From the NCBI RefSeq assembly GCF_009834535.1, contig NC_045696.1:103170001-103234000 (forward strand): 64,000 nucleotides of DNA. Direction: 5' to 3'. A program made the translations under genes and the position numbers. A model generated the notes under the pieces. The model was not told the origin of the DNA and did no database searches. It was given only the letters and a program-made list of their open reading frames with translations. Within the stretch, counting starts at the first letter, position 1, and each line of letters starts with the position of its first letter. Source of the DNA: Camelus ferus. Lineage: Eukaryota. Below, in pieces: positions 39,818 through 53,200 of the stretch.

Positions 39818-40014
39818 CAAGGTTTCTGAACAGTGGCACTGTTGACATTTGGGGCCAGATAATTCTTTGTTCTTGAGATCATTCTGGGAATTGTAGGGTG
39901 TTTAACAGCATACCTGACCCAGTAGATACCAGTACCCGGTTTGACAACCAAAAATATCTCCAGCTTTGCCAAATGTCCCCTGGGGAGCAGATCACTTCCA
40001 GTTGACAACTGTTG
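39818..40014 (+). mobile_element. MER20 (hAT-Charlie MITE)
   Basis: ggcactgttgacatttggggccagataattctttg...ccaaaaatatctccag...gccaaatgtcccctgggg matches recalled MER20. Confidence 0.88.
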
Positions 40015-41649
40015 ACATGGACACAGTCTGGAGGAGTAGGTGTGTTCTCTGGTAGAGATTGTATGGGTAGAAGAGAAGACGACTGAGGATTTGGACAGTG
40101 AGTTTCTCTCCCCTACCCACCCAATTCAAAGGGAATCAGAGAGTGAAATGAAGGATCAGAATGAATCTGGGAAGTAGATGGTATGGAAATAGGGGCAGGA
40201 AAGTGTTCCTAGGGAAACAGCTGGTTGGAAGTGTTGCATTGGATTAGATTTGGAGATTAGGTCATTGGCCAGAGATTGCTTTCGTCGGAACCTGGACACA
40301 AGGTCATTCATGGCAGGAAGGTCACAGCATTAGGGAGCGAAGTTTTTAGGTGGCAGTAGGATCATCCCTCACTTTTAGGAGAAATAGAAGAGTCGGATGC
40401 CAAGGCAGTTCACACTTCCCTTACTGGTGCTGCTGTTGTAGAGAGACATTGTTTTCCTAAAACAATTAATTGTGAGTTTTCTTCTTGGTTGTCCTTTTTT
40501 GAGATATTTGTGTTCTTTTCATAAATTTTGGAAACTTTGTGGGAACTGAAATGCTGGATATTAAAAAGAAAAAATTCCAATCCCCTCACCCCACCCACAA
40601 GGCTTCATTTATCTTTTATCTTAAAATAATGGAGTCTCATCTTGCTCCCTGGTTCCAGGTGAGCACTGTGGCATTTGGTGCTGGCAGGTCCTACGAACTC
40701 TCCAGCAGACAGCTGAGACGCCGCCCGGGAGTGGGCGCCTCTCCAAGCCAGCAGGGAGGGCTTACCGTCCGCTCCCGCCCCAGCCAGAGCCTCCTCCTCC
40801 CACTCATTGGTTTTTCCTCCCGTGTCCATGGTGCACTCTGTTCTTGTGGCCACAGAAATGTTTTTTCCTTAGAATTGCTATTAGAAGTCTAAAACTTTGA
40901 ACTTCCTTTTTATTTTTCTCTTTTTTTTTTCCCTCTTTCAGATGCCAGGAAACTCATTTTTTAACTTTTTCAGTCCTTGAGTTTCCTTCATATTCTTCAG
41001 ATTAAAAATTTTTTTCAATATATTTGCTCAGGTTATGCTTAGCCTGTTTTCTAAAATAATTCTAAAGAGACATCTCCTCCCTTTTGGTTATTTTAAATTC
41101 CTTTTGTTTTGAAAAATCTTGAGTTGTTTTCTTTCTTCTGTCACTGTCAGGGAGGCTTCTGCCAACTAACCTCAGGCCAGGGTGTGTGCCAATTAGTAGC
41201 ATAAACTATGAGTCACTGAACCGGGATTTGCTCCGGAACTGTTTGATGGCTCATCATGAGTAAGGCATGGTGCTGGTTGCTGAACTGAATATAAAAGTGA
41301 GTTAAAAGCAGCCCCCAGGAATTTACAGTCTCATAATACAAGTATCTGAATTACTCTGTGTTTCCCTCAGCACCAAGTATGCCTTTTACCTGATACTTGT
41401 GTTAATGGTTCTTACCAATTATTTGTGACACAAAATATATTATGAGCCACAGAATGGTAGCCTGTGTTGGAGTTGTCTAAGGCAGTTCATTTACCATCTC
41501 GCTATTCCTGCTTTCCCTCCACTTCTCCTTTTATTGTTAAAACAAACGTAAATCACTGCTAAGTGAATGTTGAAACATACACTATGACTTGAGATCAGCA
41601 CTACAGATTGTCTTCTACCACTTTATGAATTAATGATGCCACATTCATC

Positions 41650-42050
41650 TTGTGACTTTCTTCCCTCTTTGTCAGCTACACTAGCCTTTCACATTTCATG
41701 CTTCATCCTGCCTTAGGACCTCTTAATGTAAAGAAATACACTTTATTGGGAATGTTCACCCTCCTTGTCTGTTCGTACTTATCCTCCCGAGCTCAGTTCC
41801 ATGTCACTTCTCAAAGAAGGCTTTCTTGACCTGCCAGACTAGACAGAGTCTCCCTGTTAAATACATTCATGTCAACCTGTATTTTTCCTTCATAGAACTT
41901 ATTCCTGTTGTAAGTAAGCAATTGAGTAATTAATTATCTGTCTCACTTCCCTGGTAGAAAATATATTCATAGGGACAGAGATGCCATGTCTCTGTTCACA
42001 GCTGTGTCCCCAGCTCCTGGCACAAATTGCTGTACAAATATTTGATGAAC
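41650..42050. mobile_element. L2 3' region remnant
   Basis: ctcagttccatgtcacttctcaaagaaggctttc...ccccagctcctggcaca...aaatatttgatgaa. Confidence 0.65.
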
Positions 42051-42249
42051 CAGGGGAAAAAATCAGATTTAAGTATGTAAGTAGATGCTGATGTAGAATG
42101 TCTCCAAAGCATCATGTGTCCAGTGAATTTCATTTCTGTCAAACACAGTCTGATAGTTCTCACTGGCAGAGCAGCATTTATTCATTATCAAATAAAATAC
42201 CTCTTTAGTACCTGGGCTGGTTGAACTCACGGTCCCTCAGGAGGCTCAT

Positions 42250-42525
42250 ATGAAGACAGCTGTGTGAAGACAGACACAGGGAGAACACCATGTGAAAAAA
42301 GAGGATTGGAGTAATGCATCTGTAAGCCGAGGAATGCCAGAGATTGCTGCAAACCAGCAGAAGCTGAGAAGAGTCAAGGAAGGATTCCCTTACAGGTTTC
42401 AGAGGGAGTAGGCCCTGCCAGCATCATGGGGACTTTTAGTCCCCAAAACTGAGAGACAATAAATTGCTAGTTTTAGCCATCCAATTTGTCATACTTTGTT
42501 ATCACAACCCAAGAAAACTGATACA
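42250..42525 (+). mobile_element. MLT1 (MaLR) LTR 3' part
   Basis: aagccgaggaatgccagagattgc...gaaggattccct...gagacaataaat...gaaaactgataca. Confidence 0.85.
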
Positions 42526-43940
42526 ATGGTCAGTTGATTTTCAACATGGGAGCCAAGACCACGCAGTGGGGAAAGAACAGTCTTTTCAACAAATGATGCT
42601 GAGAAAACTTGGTATCCTCACGCAAGGAATGAACCATACATTGCAGTATAAAAATTATCTCAAAAAAAAAAATCAAAGATTAAATTTGAAAGATAATATT
42701 ATAAAACTATTAGAAGAAAACATAGTGGAAATCTTTATGACTGTGTATGACTGAATTTTGCAGTGATTTCTTAAATGGCATCAAAAGCACAGCTAACAAA
42801 AGAAAAAATAGATAAATGGAACATCAAAATTAAAAACTTTTGTGCATCAAAAAATGCTGTTAAGATATTTTCATCTATTTATGAGTAATTTTTCTTTAAT
42901 TTTCTTGACTATTGGAACTCTCCAAAGTAGAAAAAATCACCCTAAATTTAATCATAAATAATAAGAAATAAAGCTGTGTTGAAATTATTTTGACATAGTG
43001 TATAATTTGCATTTTAAAAATTTGTCTGAAAAAATTTATAGTCCTTGGTATCTTAAATCTGCAGTTAGATTCCTGAAAACTGACTGCAGTGGTAATATGG
43101 AAGATATGTGTCTTGGTATATTAGGCTTGAAATTTCATTTAAGATTGATAGGAGAACCAGTTCTCTGATTTGTACTGATAATGGTGACTCTTCAGATCAC
43201 TAAAGGAAAAAGAAGTACCATGATCATGAGGTAAGTGAATGCTGTGATTCCCATTAATAAAAGTTAAAAAAACAGGGGAAAAAAAAAGGACACTAGTGAG
43301 TGAAAAGGAAACTCACAAAATGGGGGGAAATGTTTACAAATCATATATTTGATAAAGAATTAACATCCAGAATATATAAATAACTCCTGTAGTTCAACAA
43401 TAACAAAAAACCTAAACCCAATTCATACGTGGACAGAGGGCTTAAATAATATTCAGATGGTCAATACGCACGTGAAAAGATGCTCAATATCATTAGTCAT
43501 TGGAGAAATGCAAGTCAAAACCATCATGTGCTCCCACTTCACACCCATCAGGTGTGGCTGTAATTTTTAAAGTGGAAGATAACAAGTGTTGGTGAGGATG
43601 TGGAAAAATCGGAACTCATATACTGGTTGTCGGAATGTCGGATGGTGCAGCCGTTCTGGAAAGCAGTTGGGCAGTTCCTCAGAAACTAAACATAGAATAC
43701 CACATGGCCCAGCAAGTCCAATCCTAGGCATGTACCAGAGGAATTGAAAACAGGGACTTGAACAGATACTTGTACAGCAGTGTTTACAGAGGCATTATTC
43801 GCAGTAGCCAGAAGTTGGAAAGAGCCAGGGGTTTAGAAATAGTAGTGATGGTTACACAACATTAATGCCACAGAATTGTGCACTTAAAAATGGTTGAAAT
43901 GGTGAATTTTATATTACGTTTCTTTTACCGCAATTTAAAA
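42526..43940 (+). mobile_element. L1MB-type ORF2 3' part and 3' UTR, split by a ~420-nt insert
   Basis: KEQSFQQMM and IIKLLEENI ORF2 remnants. L1 sequence resumes at aaaggacactagtgagtgaaaagg and ends with ccgcaatttaaaaa. Confidence 0.85.
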
Positions 43941-44924
43941 AAGAGAGAGTGTTGAGGAATAACGAGTGTATGAAGGCAACTTATTAAAGTGATAGACCAT
44001 GGTATTCAGGAGCATGAGCCCAGGAGGGGTTGGTGGGAAGGAAAGGAGTGTTTGAGGGGTTAAAGGTTGCAGTGAGTTTGAAGGGAAGGTATTTGGGGAG
44101 TAAGATGGAGAGAACTGAAGTAATAGCAAGACGTGTTGACCGATATCCTACAATGTTAGGATTTCAGTGGTAGCATGTTTCCAGGTGACAGAGTTGAGGA
44201 TGTGACCGTGCGTGTGGACTGCTTGAGAAGAGTGGGAAATGATGGTCTCGGGATCCGAACGTGGTTGAAGTTGCACAGGAGGAGGCCTGGAGGTAGCTCG
44301 GAAGGCAGGCGTGTGCTAGATGGTGAAGGTGAGTGGGTGTCAGTGGTTGATTTACAGGAGCTTCAAAGGAAAAAGGATTTCTTTCCACTCATTTTCTTAG
44401 TTTTGTGCTCTTATTGTAGCATTGACCCAGAGTTAGTTGAATTTCTTATTAGACAAATTTCGGTAAGCCTGGTAGGCTACCAGTGGCTAAAGCAGTGCGC
44501 AAGTTGAGATGCAGAACTGCTCTAGCCGCATTCCAGCTCTTCTGGACGGACGTGTTTGATCTGATTGTGTGTGTCAGGATCAGTACTGTGACTGGGAGGA
44601 GTGTCAGCTCCTTTTTCTTGCTTTTAAAAGTGTATAAACAAGTCTTTAAATGCTTTTCGTTTTGTTTTTGGAAGTATATACATTTTAGTGCTTCAAAGTA
44701 TCTTTCTGGATAGAATCTGATCTGCAATTTCATACTATATGTCATATCATAATTGTTATAGGGTGTATTCAGTTTATAAAATCAAAGAGAAGGAGTCATT
44801 CAGAAAGCCCCATCTAGTTAAGTCATACTTTGAAATAATTTTGTTTTCTCTCATGACACATTTATGATATAGTATAGTCTCTGATTTTTATTGAGTCTCA
44901 AAATACTGTTTCCATCTTTCTTAG

Positions 44925-45018
44925 GAAAACGGGAAATCATTTCCACAACTTCATTAGTTGGCAAGACCTCAGAGCTATTGAACTTGTAAAATCTTGGAAT
45001 AGTTCTCTTTTAATGAAG
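44925..45018 (+). CDS. GK5: GK5 exon 4 (94 nt)
   Basis: tag|G...AAG|gtaatc. KTGNHFHNFISWQDLRAIELVKSWNSSLLMK contains the FGGY I.W.D.R motif. Confidence 0.97.
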
Positions 45019-46919
45019 GTAATCTTTTTCTTATGTTCTGTGATTTGGATGTTACTGTTTTTTCCTGTAAATATCCTTTAACTGTAGGCTTACTTGTATA
45101 ATCTACCACTGATGTTTTAGGACTTTAAGAAGAGAATACACCTATGCACGCTCCCCACACCAGTGAGATATATTCAGTCACCCAGAAGTGTGTTTGGTGG
45201 ATTGAAGTGCTTAACAATCGCACTTCAGGAAGTCCTGAGGAGGTTTGGGGTGGACCAGAGGTTCACTTATGAATGAGAATTTGTTTCCATTCTGGGAGGA
45301 GTGGAAGAAAATACACATTCTATCCAGAGGAGATACAGAAGTGTGCACATTTCATCATCTTTTGTTATAAAAGTGGAGAAAGGATAGCAGACTGCCACTC
45401 CCTCTCAGCATGACGCCTGGCACGTAGTAAGCCAGTGATGATGGTGGTGCTGGTGACGGTGACAGCAGCAGCATCTCGTTCCTAAGTGTGAGATCACTGA
45501 GTCAGAGGGTAAGACAGTTTGCCAGCCCCTCACATGTGGTAAAACCTGCACCATTTGCTCTTATAATCAGTACTGCGTATTGATTATTTTAATGCTTCTA
45601 ATGCCACACAGTTAAATGCCTTCTCAGCTAGGGGTCCCCTACCAGATGGTGCATGGGAGAGTGTCTGGAACATGAGTTTTCCTTAGTAAGTCTTTGGAGA
45701 CATTAATTTTACATGAAAACAATCATGAACATGTTATAGACTGTGACAGTAATGCATGAGTGAAACAAATTTGCCATACTCTCATCCACATTGATTTTTT
45801 AAATTTTGTTTAATACATAAAAATGCACCTTTAATAATTTGTGAGGCTGGATCCTGAGAGATGCTGTTTACAGGGAAGACAGAGTCATTAAGGGAGTTGA
45901 AAGTGGTTATAAGGAAATGGGAACTTTTTTTTTTTTTTTTGGAAATGGGAACTTTGAATGGTATAATTTACAATTATACTATTTACCATGTGTGGTGTTA
46001 TACTTTCATACATAATTCTAGTTTTTAATAGATCAATCCAGCAGATGTTCCTTAAGTTAGTCAGTGATAACTTACAACTTTTATCCCTTTGAAAATAAAT
46101 TGTGACGGTGGAAACAATTCTTTCTGCAGTATAAGCCCCAAATCTCAAATCATGAGGTAAAACTGACTTTAAGCCCAAAACTGAACCTTCAAAGCACTTG
46201 TTCTACTTGATATCAAACATGTATATGATGTAAGTTTTGCCCTCTCTTAGGAGAAGAATGCACACAAACAGACTCTTAGAGGTTAGCACACACGGTACCA
46301 GAGTCCGTCCTGCCAGTGAAGGAGCCCCATCCTGTAGTCAGTCATCCTTTTCCAGATGCTTACAGTCTGTTGATGGGGGCCCTGGGGAATGTTTCGGGAG
46401 TGTGTGTCAGAGCCGCACAGCGGCCGGCCGTTTGCGCCGGCGAGCCCCAGGCAGAGTGGTGAAGCATTGAGGCATGCTGGCAGTCTCCTGGCACACTTGT
46501 TCCCTGCCAGTCCCCCCAGGCACCCAGCTTCCTCTGACTGCTGTTCTGATTCTTGCCTAATGGTTGCTAAGGCTTCTCTTTGCTTTTAGCATAAAAATTC
46601 TAACTTCTTACCATGGTTTGACACCATCTGCAGCTCTGACCCCTTCCTGGACCCTTTTCTCCCTGAAGCTGCTAAAGATTAGGCTTCAGCCTTGCCAGCA
46701 CTCAAGCCCTTTCTCACCTGAAGGCCTGGTACCTGCATGGGGCTCTGTCTGCCATCATGCCTGCATCCTTCTCACCCCTTGGGCCTGGCTCCCACGGCAC
46801 CTCCTCTGTGGGAGCCCTTCTCTGCCATCTTATTTAAAGTAGCCCCGCCCCATCCAGTCTCTGTTACTGTCCTTTATTTCTTTCACAGCACTCATCAAAT
46901 TTCAGATTCTGAGACCAAC

Positions 46920-47740
46920 ATTTTTAATTGAAATTTTAATTGAGATCATTGTAGATTCACATTGCAGCTGTAAGAAATAATACAGAAATCCCTCCTGCCC
47001 TTTGCAGTTTCTCCCAGTGGACTACAGCAGAAGTCAGTGTTGACATGAATATTTTATTAATTATTGTGAATGGGTTTTATTCGGATTCCCCCAGTTTTAC
47101 TTACACTCATTTCTTTTTTGCATGTTTGTGTGTGTGTTAGTTTCTGTACAGTTTTTGTTTTTCCCTGTGTTCATGTATCCATCACCACAGTCAAGGGGCT
47201 GAACAGGTCCAGGACTACAGGGATCCCTCATGTTGCTCTTTTATAACCACAGCCACCTCTCTCCTGCGTACCTCACCACCCTCTCCCGTCCCGTGCTTCT
47301 TGCAACCACTAATCTGTCCTCCATTGCAAATCCTTCTCATTTCAAAAATGTTATATCTGTGGAATCATGCAGCACAAAACCTTTTGGCATATGCTTTTTT
47401 CAATTAGTATAATTCTCTGGAGAGTCCAAGTTGTTACATGTATCAGTGGCTTGTTTTCTCTTTATTGCTAGGTTCTATTCAGTGGTACAGGTGTACTGCC
47501 TGTTGAAGGACATCTGTGCTAATAATTCCAGTTTTGGGGCTGTTACAAATAAAGCTGTTATGGACATCTGTGTACAGAATTTTTGATGTGAGCATAAGTT
47601 TTCAAGTCTCTGGAATAAATACCCTGAGAGTACAATTGCTAGGTCATATGGTAATTGCATGTTTTATTTTTATAAGAAACTGACATGCTTTTTTCCAAAG
47701 AGGCTGTGCCATTTGCATTCCCACCAGCAATGTATAAGAC
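46920..47740 (-). mobile_element. L1MC/MB-type 3' region
   Basis: ttttaattgagatcattgtagattcaca...gtaagaaataatacagaaatccc. ORF 47475..47660 QLPYDLAI. Confidence 0.8.
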
Positions 47741-48419
47741 ATATATTTTTTCCAGTTTTGAAAAGGATGATTTTCTAACCAGGGTGAATTTTTAATTACC
47801 AGGATTTCTTTGTTTGTTTTGTTTTGGGGGTTTTGTTTTTGGTTTTTCTTTTTTGGTCATTTTAACCATAAATTATATCTTAACATTATGTCATAATTAA
47901 AGTGGCAGGATTTTTTTCTTTTTTGGTGGTACATTAGATAGTGGTTTATTTTACAACCAGTGTCTTCTTAGGTTATCTCATTTATTGATTTGATTACTTA
48001 TTTGTCTGTTTCTTCCCACTAGAATGTAAATTTCAGGAAGGTAGGGATTCTGCCTCTACTGTTCATTCTGTCTTCCCAGGCCTGGCACAGGCATTGGTAC
48101 ATAGAAGGTACTCAATAAATATTTGTTAAATATATGAACAAATGGGTTCATTGTTCATATGTTGACTAAAAATGCAGGTGTTAGAACTCTTAAGACTTTT
48201 GGTGCGCCCCTCCCAGCCCCACAAGTTATCTGCATTCTACAGGAGATCCCTGAAGGGTCCTAAGTTTTTGTAGAGAAAAGTATAGTTGCTTATGGAGGAA
48301 GAACTCATTTCAGTTTGAGCTGTTTCTTGACATATAGCACATCAGGCTTCTGGGCAGTCACTTTAAGTACTTTTTAAAAGTCCTATATTTCATAGTAATA
48401 TAAAATATAAGGAAGTGCA

Positions 48420-48620
48420 GAAGTTTTGAGTACTGAATGAGGTGAACAGGAAGTTAAAAGGGTGCAGAGTTTCAGTTATATGATGAATAAAGTCTGAGGA
48501 TCTCATGTGTAATATGGTGACTGTAGTTGATAATACTATATTGTATAACTGAAATTTGCTAAGAGAGTAGAACTTAAATGTTCTCACCCAAAAGGAAAAC
48601 AAAAAGGTGGGAAAAAAATT
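48420..48620 (+). mobile_element. L1MA-type 3' end fragment
   Basis: gatgaataaagtctgaggatctcatgtgtaatatggtgactgtagtt...aaatgttctcacc. Confidence 0.8.
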
Positions 48621-49505
48621 AAAGTGAGGCTCATTGTTCAAGAAAAAAAAAAGACAAAACTGAAATGTAGAGAGAACTGAGTCTACACATTTCTTGATTG
48701 ATGCATTATGCCAAAAGTGAAAGGAAAACAAATTTGTATTACTATTTTAAATAAATAAACCAAAATCTTTCAATTTATTTTGGAGAGAGATGGGAATAAC
48801 AGAAAAAAATGCAAGAAGTGGGTAAATCTCTGTAAATGAATGTTTTGAAAAAAATCAACTTCAGAAGTTGAATTCTACATCTGCATCCTTGTAGTTAGGT
48901 GACAGGGTGAAGGTTTTTTTTTGGTTGTTGCTTGTTTTTGTTTTGTTTTTTTTGTATGTCTTACCTTAAAACTCAATGCTGATTTTCTGTGTAAGTTTAT
49001 TTTTTTCAATTAAAGATTTTGCATACTAAGAAGTAAATTTAAAACTGTATGTTTCATCTTTGATCATTAGATAAATATAAGCAGTATTAAATAAAATCAT
49101 TCATCCCAAATTTTAAGTATGTAATGTGTAGGGAAACTTCCCTTCTGGCCTAATGCTAACTTGATTAAAATATATTTCTGATAGAAAAATAGCCTTCTCC
49201 CTTGACTGTCTCCCTTTACTTCTGTAGTTAAAAATAGGTAAAGGGGTAGAAAATAGTTATTTTAAAAAAACTTTTATAAGTACTTGAGCCCTCGTGTTTG
49301 CTAAAGAAGTTCATAGTAGATGTGTTATATTTCATATATTAGAATGTAAATTGTCCGCTTAGGGTAATACTGCTTTACTTGGTTTCTTTAAGTGCTGAGA
49401 ACACTCTGTAAGTAGTTAAACAAACTCTGTTTGTTACTGGGTTTGTTTGCAAGTGTATGGAATTAATATATTAAATGCATTTTCCTAAAAATTTTTTTAA
49501 AATAG

Positions 49506-49637
49506 CTCATTCACAGTTCCTGCCGAGTGCTGCACTTTTTCACTAGGAGTAAACGATTTTTAGCAGCCAGTTTGTTCACTTTCACAACCCAGCATGTTTC
49601 TTTGAGATTGGCCTGGATTTTGCAGAACCTGACTGAG
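49506..49637 (+). CDS. GK5: GK5 exon 5 (132 nt)
   Basis: tag|CTC...GAG|gtaagg. LIHSSCRVLHFFTRSKRFLAASLFTFTTQHVSLRLAWILQNLTE. Confidence 0.96.
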
Positions 49638-49779
49638 GTAAGGGAAGACTGTGTGTGTGTGTGAATCTAGATTATGGGGCTGAAAAAAAATTGAAGGAAT
49701 AAGATAGCAATTTGATTATCTGAGGGAAAATTAACTGCCCACCACATTGAGATAGAAAACACGGAATCTTTACTCTGTT

Positions 49780-52700
49780 TCTTTTAACCTTTTTATTGTG
49801 AATCATAGCACACATAGAAAAGCGAACAAAACAAACTGTACCATTCAGTGATATTTTGTGGAGCAAACATCTGTGTAAGACTACTTGAATCAAGAACTAC
49901 AACACTGTGACAATATGTATTGCATTTTATTTCCACTTTTATGGTTTATGTGTTTATTCCTCAACACTGTACTTTAGCTTTCTTTGCCTGAATATATTAA
50001 AACTTTATATAGGTGGAATTATACAGTGCTTCCTCTTTTGTGTCTGACTCCTTTTGCTTAACATTATATTTGTGACATATGCCCAAATTGTGTGTAAATT
50101 AATTTCCTTATATTTTCATTGCTCTTCAGTACATGATTTTACCATAGTTTATCCTTTTATACTTCCTGTTCATGTACATCTGAGTTGTTTCAGTTTGGGG
50201 CCATTATAAATAATGCTATATAAATGCATTTCTGCAATATCTATACATGGGAATGGAATTTTTAGGCTTGAGTGTGTATATATTTTCACCTTTAATAGAT
50301 AATGGCAAACTCTTTTTTTTTTTTTTACAGTTTTTGATCATTTATATACCCATCATCAGTGAATGAGAGAACTTATAGCTTCATTTATCATCATAATGGT
50401 TATTATCAGTCTTCCTAATTTTAGCCATTTTGGTGGATAGGTAGTAATATCTCATTGTGGTTTTAGACTGGATGAAAAAATCAAACTATATGCCTTTTTA
50501 TAGGAGACATGCTTCAGATTAGAAAATATAAATTAGTTAAAGGTAAATGGATGGAAAAGATATATCATAGAAACCATAAGCTAAGTGGCTATGCTAATAT
50601 CAGACAAAATAGACTTTAAAACAACAAAAAATATTACTAAAGAGGGGCATTTTATAATAAGTCAATCCATCAGAAATATATAATAATTATAAGAACGTAA
50701 TTGCAGGAAGCAAAAACTGACAGAACTGAATGGGAAATTCAACAGTGCTAGTTGGAGACTTTAGTTACCCACTTTCAATAATGGATAGAACGACTAGACA
50801 GGAGATCAACAATGAAATAGAAAACTTGAACAACAGTGTAGTGTTTTCAGGGAAATTCAGATCAAGACCATATTACATATAGAGACTATAATAAAACAAA
50901 CCTAACTTTCTACCTTAAGACACTGGGAAAAGATGAACAAACTAAACCCAAAGCAAGCAGAAAAGAAATATAAAGACTGACTGAAAATTACTGAAATAGA
51001 GAATAGAAAAATAGTTGAAAAAAATCAACAAAACCAAAAGTTGGTTTGAAAAGATTAGCTAGACTGACAAAGTGGGGGAAAAAAGAGAAGACTCAAATAA
51101 CTAAAATTATGAATAAAAGAACTTTAATTCAACCTCACAGAAGTAAAAAACATTAGGCAATATGATGAACAAGTATAGGCCAACAAATTAGATAACTTAG
51201 GTAAAATGGAAAATTTCCTATAAATACACAACCTACTCAAACTGACTCAAGAAGATACAGACAAACTGAATGCATCTTTTGTCGATTAAAAAAATTAGTA
51301 CACTTTAACTTTAGAGGAGTTTTAGGTTTACAGAAACATGGAGCAGAAAGTACAATTCCCATATTCTACCCTCAATGCAGTTTTCCTGTTATTAACATCT
51401 TGCATTAATATGCTACATTTGTTACACCTGATGAATCAATATTGACACGTTATTATTAAGTATTGTTAATATAATGTGACTGTGATTACAGTATTATACA
51501 CAATAGTTTCACTGCCTAAAAATCTCTTGCACTTCACTTACTAGCATTCCTCTCCTCTTACTCCTGAACCTATGGCAACCACTGATTTTTTTTTTTCACT
51601 GTCTATAGTTTTTCCTTTTCCAGGATGTCATATAGTTGGAATTGTACAGAATGTAGCCTTTTCATACTGCCTTCTTTCACTTAACAGTGTGCATTAAAGG
51701 TTCCTCCATGTCATTTTGTAGCTTGATAGCTCATTTCTTTTTTTGTTTTAATCACTGATTAGTATTTTTTTTATAGGAACATACATATATTCATTTTCAT
51801 ATTCTTTTTCACCATAAGTTAACTACAAGATATTGAATATAGTTTCCTGTGCTATACAGTATAAACTTACTGTGTATCATATATTAGTATAATATATATA
51901 TGATATATATATCATATCATATATATATTAGTATATTATAGTTATGAATAAAGCTGTGGTAAACATTTGTGTGCAGGTTTTTGTATGAATATAAATTTTC
52001 AGCTCATTTGGGTAAATCCTTTTGTATGCAATTGCTGGATCATACAGTCAGACTATATTTAGCTTTGTACAAAACTGCCAAATTGTCTTCCAAAGTGGTT
52101 GTACTATTTTGCATTCCTACCAACAATTAATGGGGATTGCTTCACATCCTGGCTAGTATTTGATGTCAGTATTTTAGATTTTAGTCATTCTAATAGGTGT
52201 GAAGTAGTATCTCATTGGTTTAATTTGCAATTCCCCAATAACGTATGATGTAGAAATATGACTTTATTTCTATGTCTTTTTCTTTGCATTGGCAAGGACC
52301 TCCAGGATATATTGACTGGAAGGGATGACTGCAAACATTTTTTTCTCATTCCTAATCTTGGAACAAAAGCTTTCAGCATTTTACTATTTAGTATGAATTT
52401 GTAGTAGGTTTTCTTTAGATATCCTTTATCAAATTGAGGACAATCTCTACTTTTCCTAGTTTGCTGGCTTTTTATGAGTGGATGTTGACTTTATCCGACA
52501 CATTTTCTGTACCGATTATCTAGGTATGACAGCCTACTTGGGTTGTAAGACATCTTAAATTCATTGCTTGCTATCTTTTGTTGATTTGGAAAATTTCTCA
52601 GCCATTATCTTCAAATGTAATTTCTGCTCCATTCTCCTTATCTTCTTTCATTTTGAAAGTCTAATTACATGTATGTTAAATCTTCTGACTCAATCTTTTT

Positions 52701-53200
52701 TGTGTCTCACTCTGTCTTACATATTTTCCATTCTTTGGTTTCTATGGACTTTATTCTGGATGTTTTTTTCTAACCTGTCTTCCAAATCTATTATTATCTC
52801 TTCATTTGTGTCTTATGTGCTATTATTAAAACCCATCCACTAAGTTCTTAATTTTTTAGTTCTAGAATTTTTTTTCTTCTTCACATAATTAGCATGGTAT
52901 TTTAAAAGTCCATGATGATTCATTCTGATATCCGTAACCCTTGTGGACTGTCTCTTCTTTTTTTGTTGTTTTTTCACGATGGCCTCTTATTTCCTCCCAT
53001 GTGTGGTTATTTAATTTTTTTTAAATTTTAAACCACTTTATTGAGGTATAACTATTGCCATACAAAATGCTGTGCACATTTAATGTATACAACTTTATGA
53101 GTTTGGTGAACCTGGTTACTTATTTGTATGTGTGTATGTATCTGTATGAATTAGACATTGTATTTGTGAAACTGTGTGTAGAAATTATGAGAACCTTAAT
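49780..53200. mobile_element. Nested L1 cluster: minus-strand old L1s, a plus-strand ORF2 piece (~50466-51270) and an L1MC-like 3' end (~51290-52255)
   Basis: Recognisable L1 motifs in both orientations. A short lineage L1 3' fragment and an AT microsatellite are nested at ~51765-51940. Confidence 0.75.
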
